64,000 bases of DNA from Bacteroidetes bacterium B1(2017) (GCA_002256395.1 NKJG01000002.1:502333-566332), one strand, 5' to 3'; shown: positions 30,719-40,090, counted from the stretch's first letter. A program made the numbers and translations. The notes: generated from the letters alone by a model not told the origin.

Positions 30719-30733
30719 AAAAGCTTAAATAAA

Positions 30734-31498
30734 ATGGAAAAAAATTTAAATCTAACTCTAAAAGTATGGCGTCAAAAAAACGCTAAGGATAAAGGTCAGT
30801 TTGAAGAATATAAAGTTAAAGATATTTCTACCGATATGTCGTTCCTTGAAATGTTCGATGTGTTGAATGAAAGATTAATTAACGAAGGAAAAGACCCAAT
30901 TGCATTTGATCACGATTGCCGTGAAGGTATTTGTGGTATGTGTAGTATGTTTATTAATGGTCGCCCACATGGTCCTAAGCAAGGTATTACAACTTGCCAA
31001 TTGCATATGCGTAGCTTCAACGATGGCGAAACTATTGTAATTGAACCTTGGAGAGCGTCTCCATTTCCTGTAATTAAAGACTTAGTTGTAGATCGTACTG
31101 CATTTGATAGAATTATCTCTGCTGGTGGATTTATTTCAGTTAATACGGGTAATGCTCAAGATGCAAATGCACTTCCTATTTCAAAAGAAAATGCTGATGA
31201 ATCATTTGCGGCTGCTTCTTGTATTGGTTGTGGTGCCTGCGTTGCTGCGTGTAAAAATGCCTCAGCTATGCTTTTCGTATCTGCTAAAGTTTCTCAATTC
31301 GCCTTGCTTCCTCAAGGGCAACCAGAAAGACAACAACGCGTTATGGAAATGGTGGCTCAAATGGATAATGAAGGATTTGGATCATGTACCAATACAGGTG
31401 CTTGTAGTGCCGAGTGTCCTAAAGAAATTTCATTAACGCATATCGCTCGTATGAATAGAGATTATCTTTCTGCAGAATTATCTGCTCAGATAAAATAA
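30734..31498 (+). CDS. sdhB: Succinate dehydrogenase/fumarate reductase iron-sulfur subunit
   Basis: 254 aa. Three Cys clusters: [22 protein letters not shown] and [12 protein letters not shown]. Confidence 0.97.
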   Translation: MEKNLNLTLKVWRQKNAKDKGQFEEYKVKDISTDMSFLEMFDVLNERLINEGKDPIAFDHDCREGICGMCSMFINGRPHGPKQGITTCQLHMRSFNDGETIVIEPWRASPFPVIKDLVVDRTAFDRIISAGGFISVNTGNAQDANALPISKENADESFAAASCIGCGACVAACKNASAMLFVSAKVSQFALLPQGQPERQQRVMEMVAQMDNEGFGSCTNTGACSAECPKEISLTHIARMNRDYLSAELSAQIK

Positions 31499-31520
31499 TC
31501 TCATACATTTCATTTTAGTA

Positions 31521-31557
31521 AAACCATGGTTACATTTACGTAATCATGGTTTTTTTA
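31521..31557 (+). terminator. Rho-independent terminator after sdhB
   Basis: AAACCATGGTTAC-ATTTAC-GTAATCATGGTTT followed by TTTTT. A 13-bp stem (one G-U pair), 6-nt loop and T-run. Confidence 0.85.
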
Positions 31558-31593
31558 TGTTTCAAATGCAACATTTTGTTTTAAATTAGCGTC

Positions 31594-34314
31594 TTGTTTA
31601 TAACACCTATAATTTTGGCCAAAATTAAACGACTCATTTTCCTTTTCTTTTGCTTTTTGCTGCTTGCATTAAAGGTGAGTGCTACCCATTATCGTGCTGG
31701 AGAAATTACCTATAAACAATTAGGCCCATTTCTTTATGAAATAACCGTTATTACCTATACTGATCCAGCCAATTCTGCCGCTGATAGACAAGAAATGGAG
31801 GTTGATTTTGGTGATAAAACAAGTAGTATTGTTGCTAGGTCAAATGGAAATGGTGAAATTGTAAATGATGATATAAATAACAGAGTTAAAAAGAATATTT
31901 ACAGAACTACACATACCTATTCTGGTCCAGATTACTATTTAATTTCTATTACTGATCCAAACCGAGTTGATAACATAAAAAATATAAATGGTGGCAACAG
32001 TGTAAATATTCCATTTTATGTAGAATCATGGATTAACGCACTTTCGGGCTTCGGTAATAACCAATCTCCAGTCTTACTTTTCCCTCCTATTGATGTTGGC
32101 TGCGTTTTTAAAACATTTACTCACAACCCCTCTGCTTACGACCCTGATGGAGATAGCTTAGCCTTTTCCATAATTGCACCAAAAAGGGCTAAAGGTGTTG
32201 AAGTACCTAATTTTACCATTCCTGCCTTTAGTGAATATTTTAATATTGAAATTAATTCGGGTCAGCTTACTTGGAAAACACCCATTGAAACTGGACATTA
32301 TAATTGGGCTATTTTAATTAGGGAGTACAGAAAAGGTATACTTATTGGGTATGTCGTTAGAGACATGCAGGTTTACATAAATAATAACTGCGATAATAAC
32401 CCACCTCAACTGCGCGTTCCTGCTGATACTTGCGTGGAAGCGAATGTTTTACTACAGCAACAAATATTTGCCAAGGATACCAATATTGGCCAAACTCTTA
32501 GAATTTATAGTTACGGAAGTCCATTTGTTCAGGTAAATAGTCCTGCATTTATATCGCCTTTGGTTCCTGGAACCTCTTATGTTGAAGGGCCTTATGTTGG
32601 AGTAAATGCTACGTTTAGATGGAAACCAAGTTGCAATGCTATTCGATATAGGCCACATATGGCCGTTTTTAGAGCCGTAGACAATCATTTAACAAAGCCA
32701 TTATCAGATATTAAGTATTGGAATATTAAAGTTGTTGGTCCAGCTCCGAAAAATGTTCAAATAAAGCAAGATAGCAATGGCTTGAAATTAAGTTGGAATA
32801 GAGATACCTGTAGGTTGGCTTTAGGCTATAGAATATACCGAAGGGTTGACTCAAGTTATTGGAAGCATGGCGCCTGCGAAACGGGAGTGCCTAGTTATAC
32901 AGGGTATGTTTTATACGACACCACGAAAGGCGTAAATAACACTACTTTCTTCGACAACAATTTTGGTAAAGGACTTTCTCCTCTAATTAGATACTGTTAT
33001 CTTATAACTAGCTGGTATTATCCAAGAAATGAAGATGGTACGGTAATCCTAATTGGAGAATATACTGAGAGCTATGCTAGTGAAGAGGTATGTGACATAA
33101 TCCTGAAAACGAAACCAATTATTACGAAAGTAAGCGTTGAAAAAACATCAGAAAGTAATGGAAAGATAAGGGTTGATTGGCTGAAACCAGATATTCTAGA
33201 TTCAAATCAATTTCCTCCTCCTTATAAAATGCAATTATTGAGATCAACTAGTGCACTAGGTAATTATGCGAATGTTGGTTCAGGAATTATTGCTAATACA
33301 ACAAGTGAGCTAAGTGATGCCACCTATATTGATAGTTTACTTAATACAACTGGAAACACCTACTTTTATAAGGTAATTTTCTATTCCACCAAGAATAATA
33401 CCTTTAAATATACAGAGGAAAGCACCATTGCTGGATCGGTTCGACTAGGGAATATAAATACAAATAGAACTGTAATACTTTCTTGGAAAGTAGATGTGCC
33501 TTGGTTAAATAAGGAAAGTGTTATTTATAGAAAAAATAGTCTGAACCTATTCGATTCAATTGGTAGTACTAGCAATCTTAGGTATGCCGATACGGGTTTA
33601 ACTAACGGACAAACCTATTGCTATTATGTTGAAACCAAAGGAAATTATAATCCTATCTATTATCCTTTTTTAATTCAAAATAAATCTCAGGAAATCTGTG
33701 GTACACCCATAGATACAATAAGGCCGTGTGCCCCAATATTAAGTATTGATACACCTTGTAACTCATTTACCGCCTTAGAGGTAAAATTAAATTGGGTTTA
33801 TCCATCCACCTGTGAGACGGATGTAGTGAAATATAGAATTTACTGGAAGAAAAATGCCAAGGAAAACTGGACTCTTTTAGATTCAGTAGCTTTTGGAACA
33901 AATCAATACATTGATAAACGAGAAAGTCTTAAATTCTCCATTGCGGGTTGTTACGCAGTTATTGCGGTTGATTCTTTTAATAATGCCAGCTATTTTGCCA
34001 ATGCGAAATGCATAGATAATTGTCCGTTTTATGCCATACCAAATGTATTTACCCCAAACAATGATGGCAAAAATGATATGCTAAATCCATTCCCGTATAG
34101 GTTTATAGATAAGGTAGATATTGTTATTTATAACCGTTGGGGGCAAGAGGTATTTAAGACGAATAACATCGATATTAATTGGGATGGCAACGACCAGGAG
34201 TCTGGAAAAGAATTAACAGAAAGCGTGTATTACTACATTGCAGATGTGTATGAAAGCTATTTAGAAGGAACAAAAAAACGTACTCTTAGAGGTACGATAA
34301 CCATAATAAGATAA
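31594..34314 (+). CDS. Large cell-surface protein with T9SS type-B (gliding-motility-associated) C-terminal domain
   Basis: 906 aa. Signal peptide, then ATHYRAGEITYKQ. The C-terminus IPNVFTPNNDGKNDMLNPF...YNRWGQEVF..WDG is the type-B sorting domain. TTG start is uncertain. Confidence 0.85.
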   Translation: MFITPIILAKIKRLIFLFFCFLLLALKVSATHYRAGEITYKQLGPFLYEITVITYTDPANSAADRQEMEVDFGDKTSSIVARSNGNGEIVNDDINNRVKKNIYRTTHTYSGPDYYLISITDPNRVDNIKNINGGNSVNIPFYVESWINALSGFGNNQSPVLLFPPIDVGCVFKTFTHNPSAYDPDGDSLAFSIIAPKRAKGVEVPNFTIPAFSEYFNIEINSGQLTWKTPIETGHYNWAILIREYRKGILIGYVVRDMQVYINNNCDNNPPQLRVPADTCVEANVLLQQQIFAKDTNIGQTLRIYSYGSPFVQVNSPAFISPLVPGTSYVEGPYVGVNATFRWKPSCNAIRYRPHMAVFRAVDNHLTKPLSDIKYWNIKVVGPAPKNVQIKQDSNGLKLSWNRDTCRLALGYRIYRRVDSSYWKHGACETGVPSYTGYVLYDTTKGVNNTTFFDNNFGKGLSPLIRYCYLITSWYYPRNEDGTVILIGEYTESYASEEVCDIILKTKPIITKVSVEKTSESNGKIRVDWLKPDILDSNQFPPPYKMQLLRSTSALGNYANVGSGIIANTTSELSDATYIDSLLNTTGNTYFYKVIFYSTKNNTFKYTEESTIAGSVRLGNINTNRTVILSWKVDVPWLNKESVIYRKNSLNLFDSIGSTSNLRYADTGLTNGQTYCYYVETKGNYNPIYYPFLIQNKSQEICGTPIDTIRPCAPILSIDTPCNSFTALEVKLNWVYPSTCETDVVKYRIYWKKNAKENWTLLDSVAFGTNQYIDKRESLKFSIAGCYAVIAVDSFNNASYFANAKCIDNCPFYAIPNVFTPNNDGKNDMLNPFPYRFIDKVDIVIYNRWGQEVFKTNNIDINWDGNDQESGKELTESVYYYIADVYESYLEGTKKRTLRGTITIIR

Positions 34315-34315
34315 A

Positions 34316-34909
34316 GTGTTTACAGGAATTATTGAAGGTACTGGAAAAGTATTAGAACTAAATACGTTTGGTTCGAACCTAACTATTTGGGTTCAATCTG
34401 GAATAAGTAAAGAGCTAAAAGTTGATCAAAGTGTGGCACATAATGGAGTTTGCCTAACAGTGGTTGATTTAATGGAAAATGCGCATATGGTAACTGCGGT
34501 AGCCGAAACGTTATCAAAAACAAATTTGGGAAGTCTAGCTATTGGCGACACCATAAATTTAGAAAGATGCATGTTATCCAATGGCCGTTTTGATGGGCAC
34601 ATTGTTCAGGGGCATGTGGATGATACAGCAATTTGCGAGAAAATATCGGAAGAAAATGGAAGTTGGTTATTTCATTTTAAATTAAACCAAGCTGCTCAAC
34701 AAAATTTGATTGTAGACAAAGGAAGCATTTGTATTAATGGAGTAAGTCTTACTGTGATAAGTTGCACGAGCGCTGGATTTTATGTTACAATAATTCCATA
34801 TACCTATGAACATACAACTTTTATGAACTTGAAGGTTGGCGACTTTGTAAATCTAGAATTTGATATTTTAGGAAAGTATATACAAAAGCAACTTGCCCAA
34901 AGGGCATAA
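34316..34909 (+). CDS. ribE: Riboflavin synthase
   Basis: 197 aa. MFTGIIEGTGKV and two lumazine-binding repeats (HNGVCLTV / INGVSLTV). GTG start 1 nt after the upstream stop. Confidence 0.95.
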   Translation: MFTGIIEGTGKVLELNTFGSNLTIWVQSGISKELKVDQSVAHNGVCLTVVDLMENAHMVTAVAETLSKTNLGSLAIGDTINLERCMLSNGRFDGHIVQGHVDDTAICEKISEENGSWLFHFKLNQAAQQNLIVDKGSICINGVSLTVISCTSAGFYVTIIPYTYEHTTFMNLKVGDFVNLEFDILGKYIQKQLAQRA

Positions 34910-34937
34910 AAAAAACCACCCGAGGGTGGTTTTTTTA
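34908..34937. terminator. Bidirectional rho-independent terminator between ribE and rplI
   Basis: AAAAAAAA-CCACC-CGAG-GGTGG-TTTTTTT. A GC stem flanked by an A-run and a T-run, so it can terminate both convergent transcripts. Confidence 0.85.
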
Positions 34938-34953
34938 TGAATGCGTGTAAGAA

Positions 34954-35394
34954 TTATTCACCAACAACTTCTACAACGATAGTTACAGTAACATCGCGGT
35001 GTAAGTTTAAGATGGCTTCGTAATTACCTAATGTTTTCACATCGTTAATTTCAATCTTACGTCTATCGATATCAAATCCTTTAGCTTTTAAAGCTTGAGC
35101 CACTTGAAGTGGGGTAATAGATCCAAAAATCTTACCATTTGCACCAGCTTTGGTACCAATAGTGATAGACATTTCTTTTAATTGTTCGGCCAATGCCAAA
35201 GCATCGGTTTTCATTTTTTCACGTTTAAGAGCACCTTGACGGTTGTTCTCTTCGTGCATTTTCAGGTTACTTGCGGTTGCCATAATAGCCATACCACGAG
35301 GGAATAAATAGTTATTTGCATAACCATTTTTAACTTCCACAACATCTCCTTGGTGACCCAAGTTTTTCATGTTTTCTTTTAAAATAATCTTCAT
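34954..35394 (-). CDS. rplI: 50S ribosomal protein L9
   Basis: 146 aa. MKIILKENMKNLGHQGDVVEVKNGYANNYLFPRG, and position after rpsR. Confidence 0.97.
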   Translation of the reverse strand: MKIILKENMKNLGHQGDVVEVKNGYANNYLFPRGMAIMATASNLKMHEENNRQGALKREKMKTDALALAEQLKEMSITIGTKAGANGKIFGSITPLQVAQALKAKGFDIDRRKIEINDVKTLGNYEAILNLHRDVTVTIVVEVVGE

Positions 35395-35406
35395 TGTCTA
35401 GTCTCC

Positions 35407-35682
35407 TTATTTTAAAGAATCGCCTGTAAAAGGTAAAACTGCTATGTGACGGGCACGTTTAATTGCCTGTGACACTTTACGTTGATACTTCAAAGAAGTA
35501 CCGGTTAACCTGCGTGGAAGAACTTTCCCTTGATCATTAACGAACTTCAATAAGAAGTTTGCGTCTTTGTAATCAAGATACTTAATACCATTCTTCTTGA
35601 AACGACAGAATTTCTTCTTTTGTGGTGCTTCAGGCATGGTGTTAAAAACCATTGCCGGAGATGCGTTTGTCTTCTTTTTCAT
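35407..35682 (-). CDS. rpsR: 30S ribosomal protein S18
   Basis: 91 aa. CRFKKNGIKYLDYKD..LLKFVNDQGKVLPRRLTGTSLKYQRKVSQAIKRARHIA. Confidence 0.97.
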   Translation of the reverse strand: MKKKTNASPAMVFNTMPEAPQKKKFCRFKKNGIKYLDYKDANFLLKFVNDQGKVLPRRLTGTSLKYQRKVSQAIKRARHIAVLPFTGDSLK

Positions 35683-35684
35683 GA

Positions 35685-36095
35685 TTACTTCGCTCCTTCC
35701 TGTTTTTGATCTTTTTTACCTTGATTGAATTCACCATTGCGTTTGCGCTGGTTGTAGATTACTGCATGCTTGTCTAAAGACACTGATAAGTAACGCATGA
35801 TACGTTCATCACGTCTGAAAGCTAGTTCAAATTTTGAAATAAAATCTGGTTTTGACCTGTACTCAAACAAATGATAGAAGCCTGTTGACTTCTTTTGAAT
35901 TGGGTACGCAAGTTTGGTCAAACCCCAGTTTTCTTCATGAACCAGCTCTCCGCCGTCGTCAGTTATCATTTTGCGGTACTTTGATACTGCATCTTTTAAC
36001 TGCTCTTCGGAGAGTACGGGAGTGAAAATAATCACTGACTCATAGTCTTTTAAGACAACCGTCTCTGCTTTTTTAGATTTGGTTTTAGTTGCCAT
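35685..36095 (-). CDS. rpsF: 30S ribosomal protein S6 (with basic/acidic C-terminal tail)
   Basis: 136 aa. YESVIIFTPVLSEEQ...WGLTKLAYPIQKK.TGFYHLFEY. First gene of rpsF-rpsR-rplI. Confidence 0.95.
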   Translation of the reverse strand: MATKTKSKKAETVVLKDYESVIIFTPVLSEEQLKDAVSKYRKMITDDGGELVHEENWGLTKLAYPIQKKSTGFYHLFEYRSKPDFISKFELAFRRDERIMRYLSVSLDKHAVIYNQRKRNGEFNQGKKDQKQEGAK

Positions 36096-36265
36096 TTACT
36101 GAGGAATTTATTTTTAAAGGACCGCGAAAGTAGGCTTTTTTTTCAGATAATCAACTATAAATGAAAATAATTGTAAAATACATTGATCTGAACCTAAATC
36201 ACTTTAAATAAAAAAAATAGCTAATCAAACGCCATTTTCTTCAAATATACTCTATATTCGCCAAT

Positions 36266-38296
36266 ATGCTAAGACAATTTATGTCGGGTAAAAAAACACT
36301 TTCTTATTTCATCTTGTTCTTTGCAAGCATTTTATGTGCTTATGCGAATGTTAATACGGTTGATTCTTTAATAAATTTATGCAACCATCATTTAGATAAT
36401 CATGAAAACGAATGGGCGTTTAGAGTGGAGGTTGAACTTGACAAACAAATTGGAAATTCAGAGATTAACTTACAATATGCAAATTATTTAAGTGTAAAGG
36501 CAGCGCTTGCTAGTAGAAGAAAAAACTATACGGCGCAAGAAGAGTTTTTAAACCAATACAATGAGGTTGCAAAAAAAATGAATTCTCCAAAGCTCATTGG
36601 AACTGGTTTAATTGGAAATGCAAGTTACTATGAACAATTTGGAGATATTAAGAAAGCACTACCTTTCTTTTTAAAAGCTCTTGACCAATTTAAAGAAATT
36701 CAAGATGAAACTCAAATTGCCTACCTGTATAATAAACTTGGACTAATTTATTACGAAGACCAGGATTATAATAGGGCCAAAACATACTTTATGGCTTCTT
36801 TTGTTCTTTTCAAAAAACATGAAAAAGAGTCGAATCTAAATGCCTATTGGATTCAAAACTGCCTGTCGAATATTGGCCTTTGTTACGAGCAGCTAAAATT
36901 GTATCCTAAGGCACTAGCCTATATGAAAATTGCTATGGCTTATTGCCAAACCGCTCCTTTTGGCAGAGATAGACCCATTGGTGTTATCAAAACCAACTTA
37001 GGTGTGATTTATAGCTATTTGGGAAATTATACCTTGGCACTTAAAAATTTAAGAGAGGGAATTGAAACCTGCTTGGATCCCAAAAACCTTGAAATAGGCC
37101 ATGGAATTGAAAGTTTAATTTACCTTTCAAATATTTATACCCAAATAAATAGGTATAAGGAAGCACAAGATTGCCTAGATAAAGCCAAAATACTTATTTA
37201 CGAAGAGAAATTCTTTAGTGTATTTGATGTTTATTACCCACAATTAGCTAGGTTGAGCTTTGCCACCCAAAACTATAAGGAGGCATATTTAGCGCAAAAA
37301 GCATTTTCTTTCTATTGTGATTCAATTGATAAATCGATGGAGAAATCTACTTTCAGTGGACAAATTTTACTTCATGATTTAGAAAAACAAAAAATGGAGA
37401 ACAAGTTGCTTCAACATGAAAATGAGTATCGTTCCCTACAAATACAGGTTGGGATTGGATTTGTTATTTTATTTTTCATCATAATCGGTTTGGTCTATTA
37501 TAATCTTCAAAAATCAAAGGCTAGAAACCATCAATTAGAATACTTAAATTCTCAAGTAAATGTCCAAAAAACCGACTTAGAAAAACTTAATTCTACCTTA
37601 GAGAAAATAAACCAAAACAAAAGCTTTTTAATTCAATCTGTGGCGCATGATTTACGCACACCTATTGGCAATGTATTAAGTTTAAATAACCTCCTAGAAG
37701 AATTTATTACTACTAATGAGGAAGCTGTTGAATACAATAAACTTATTGATAGTAGTTGTATGCTGGCCTTAAATATTATAGAAGATATCTTGGATCAATC
37801 GATGATTGAACGGGGCAAACTAAACCTAAAACTTGAGCCAGCTGAAATTCAAACCTTAATTACAGATACCACAAGTTTACTTCAATTTAAATCCAAGCCA
37901 AAAAGCATTCAAATAGTATATAAGTTGGATACTCCATTGCTAGTAAAAATAGATTCTGATAGAATTAAACGTGTATTAATTAATATTTTGGTGAATGCCA
38001 TTAAATTTAGCCCACGAAATTCAGTCATACTTGTTTCTCAATGGCAAGATGAAACCACTTGCTTTATTAGTATTAGCGACAACGGAATTGGAATGAACCA
38101 AGATTTATTAAACCATATTTTTGAAAAAAACACAACTTCTGCCAGAGAAGGTTTAGAAAAGGAACAAACCATTGGAATTGGACTTTCTATAACTAAATCT
38201 ATTGTAGAAGAGCATGGTGGAAAAATAAAAGTGGAAAGTACACCTAATTCTGGCTCAACCTTTTATATAGAGTTACCCATCGGTACTTCTGTTTAA
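36266..38296 (+). CDS. TPR-repeat sensor histidine kinase
   Basis: 676 aa. N-terminal TPR-like repeats, one TM (VGIGFVILFFIIIGLVYY), coiled coil, H-box SVAHDLRTPI, N-box NILVNAIKFSP, G1 DNGIGM and G2 GIGLSI. Confidence 0.92.
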   Translation: MLRQFMSGKKTLSYFILFFASILCAYANVNTVDSLINLCNHHLDNHENEWAFRVEVELDKQIGNSEINLQYANYLSVKAALASRRKNYTAQEEFLNQYNEVAKKMNSPKLIGTGLIGNASYYEQFGDIKKALPFFLKALDQFKEIQDETQIAYLYNKLGLIYYEDQDYNRAKTYFMASFVLFKKHEKESNLNAYWIQNCLSNIGLCYEQLKLYPKALAYMKIAMAYCQTAPFGRDRPIGVIKTNLGVIYSYLGNYTLALKNLREGIETCLDPKNLEIGHGIESLIYLSNIYTQINRYKEAQDCLDKAKILIYEEKFFSVFDVYYPQLARLSFATQNYKEAYLAQKAFSFYCDSIDKSMEKSTFSGQILLHDLEKQKMENKLLQHENEYRSLQIQVGIGFVILFFIIIGLVYYNLQKSKARNHQLEYLNSQVNVQKTDLEKLNSTLEKINQNKSFLIQSVAHDLRTPIGNVLSLNNLLEEFITTNEEAVEYNKLIDSSCMLALNIIEDILDQSMIERGKLNLKLEPAEIQTLITDTTSLLQFKSKPKSIQIVYKLDTPLLVKIDSDRIKRVLINILVNAIKFSPRNSVILVSQWQDETTCFISISDNGIGMNQDLLNHIFEKNTTSAREGLEKEQTIGIGLSITKSIVEEHGGKIKVESTPNSGSTFYIELPIGTSV

Positions 38297-38341
38297 CTGG
38301 GATTTCGATTTTTAATTCACATTTTCTTTTTATTTTGCGGC

Positions 38342-40090
38342 ATGGAAAATTTTGTGGTAAGTGCGCGTAAATACAGACCCGACCGTTTTGATACGGTGGT
38401 TGGGCAGGAACATGTTGTGCAAACACTTAAGAATGCCATTAAAAATAGGCATTTGGCTCACGCCTTCTTGTTTTGTGGACCTAGAGGGGTTGGAAAAACA
38501 ACAAGCGCGCGATTATTGGCCAAAACCATTAATTGTACAAATCTTAGTGCCGATTTTGAAGCATGTAATGAATGTGATAGTTGTAGGGCATTTAACGCCA
38601 ATGCTTCTTTTAATATTTATGAATTAGATGCCGCTTCAAATAACTCAGTAGATGATATTAGAGGTTTGGTGGATCAGGTGAGATATGCCCCTCAAGGTGC
38701 TCAATACAAAATCTATATCATTGATGAGGTACATATGTTAAGTGCTTCTGCCTTTAATGCGTTTCTTAAAACATTGGAGGAACCACCTCCATACGCCAAA
38801 TTTATTTTAGCAACTACAGAAAAACATAAGATACTTCCTACTATTTTAAGCCGTTGCCAAGTTTTTGATTTTCACAGAATAAAAATAGACGATGCTGTAA
38901 AGCAACTTAGAAAAATTTGTGAAAGCGAAAACATTCAAGCAGAAGAAGAAGCCCTACATGTAATTGGCAAAAAATCGGATGGGGCCATGCGTGATGCCCT
39001 ATCAATTTTTGATAGAATTGTCAGCTTTAGCGGGAATAAAATTACCTATGCAGACGTAATATCCAACTTAAACATGTTGGATTACGATTATTATTTTAAG
39101 GCTACAAACCTACTATTATCAGGTAACTTAGCGGGTAGTTTATTGTTGTTTGATGAAATCCTTAATAATGGATTTGAGGCCCAACACTTTCTGCAAGGAT
39201 TTAGCGAACACATTCGTAATTTAATGGTTTGTAAACATCCAGACACACTTAAATTGTTAGAAGTAGCGCCAAATGTTCAAGCCAAATTTCTTCAACAATC
39301 ACAAACTTGTTCAAGTACGTGGTTGTTAAACTCGCTTAATTTGCTAAATCAAACCGACTTTAATTATAAGCTTAGCAAAAACCAGCGTTTGCATGTAGAA
39401 CTTGCTTTGATGAAGCTTTGTAATTTACAAAGAGCCATTCAAATTTCTACTCATCAGCCAATGGTTGATGAGAAAAAAAAAATTGATGTAAGTTCTTCTG
39501 CTACTGCTCCTACCTCAATACCTTCTGAACCAAAACCTACACTTCCTCCCCTATCGGTTGAACCTCCTGTATCCATTTCTTCACTGTCTAATTCTTCTGG
39601 AATTGGTTCAGGAAAATCTGCTATTGAACGCTTGAAAGAACAGGTAGCTAAGAATAAAGAACAAAATCAACAAGATAGTATCAACCAAGTTCAGGTAGTT
39701 GAAGAAAGAGGAGAAAACAAAGACTTTAGCGAAGCAGACTTCCAACGAATTTGGACAACCTATATTCAAAATTTAGATTCGGGTGGAAAGTCAAGGATTG
39801 CGGTATTTTTGAAAGATTCACCCATAAAATTTATTACTCCTTTAAAGGTTGAAATTGAATTAAAAAGCACCCTTGAAAATGAAACAATGGATGAAGAAAG
39901 AATGGATTTAATTCCCTTTCTCCGCAGGCAGTTACAGAATTACGATTTAGAAATCGTTTTTACTGTTAACAAAGATCGAATTGTTCATTTGAGTAAGATA
40001 AGTAAGCCTGATCAACTTAAACGCATGGTTGAAAAGAACCCTCAATTAGGTGATTTTGTACAAGGGTTAGGATTAGAAATTGATTATTAA
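38342..40090 (+). CDS. dnaX: DNA polymerase III subunit tau (gamma/tau)
   Basis: 582 aa. GPRGVGKTT, Zn module CNECDSC, IIDEVHML and SRCQVF. A Ser/Pro-rich linker follows residue ~380, then the C-terminal tau-specific region. Confidence 0.96.
   Translation: MENFVVSARKYRPDRFDTVVGQEHVVQTLKNAIKNRHLAHAFLFCGPRGVGKTTSARLLAKTINCTNLSADFEACNECDSCRAFNANASFNIYELDAASNNSVDDIRGLVDQVRYAPQGAQYKIYIIDEVHMLSASAFNAFLKTLEEPPPYAKFILATTEKHKILPTILSRCQVFDFHRIKIDDAVKQLRKICESENIQAEEEALHVIGKKSDGAMRDALSIFDRIVSFSGNKITYADVISNLNMLDYDYYFKATNLLLSGNLAGSLLLFDEILNNGFEAQHFLQGFSEHIRNLMVCKHPDTLKLLEVAPNVQAKFLQQSQTCSSTWLLNSLNLLNQTDFNYKLSKNQRLHVELALMKLCNLQRAIQISTHQPMVDEKKKIDVSSSATAPTSIPSEPKPTLPPLSVEPPVSISSLSNSSGIGSGKSAIERLKEQVAKNKEQNQQDSINQVQVVEERGENKDFSEADFQRIWTTYIQNLDSGGKSRIAVFLKDSPIKFITPLKVEIELKSTLENETMDEERMDLIPFLRRQLQNYDLEIVFTVNKDRIVHLSKISKPDQLKRMVEKNPQLGDFVQGLGLEIDY
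39473..39482 (+). other. dnaX: A10 homopolymer: candidate dnaX recoding (frameshift or transcriptional slippage) site
   Basis: Frame 0 reads GAG AAA AAA AAA ATT GAT. The -1 frame reads AAA AAT TGA (stop 39484-39486). The +1 frame reads AAA TTG ATG TAA (stop 39489-39491). The tract sits at the gamma-core/tau-linker junction. Confidence 0.4.

Noticed and set aside
36161-36211. 16-codon micro-ORF (MKIIVKYIDLNLNHFK) upstream of the histidine kinase.
   Set aside because: It is short and AT-rich, as expected by chance in this composition, and there is no supporting signal.
36096-36265. The 170-nt region upstream of rpsF as a possible S6:S18 autoregulatory leader. It also contains a perfect minus-strand TATATTTG -7-like box (plus-strand CAAATATA at 36242-36249).
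   Set aside because: I could not draw the hairpin with the conserved CCG bulge on the rpsF-sense strand. The only CCG is on the opposite strand. The nearest TTG elements are 14 or 27 nt from the -7-like box, outside the usual spacing. Covariance-model scanning (Rfam) would be needed, and nothing is supportable by eye.
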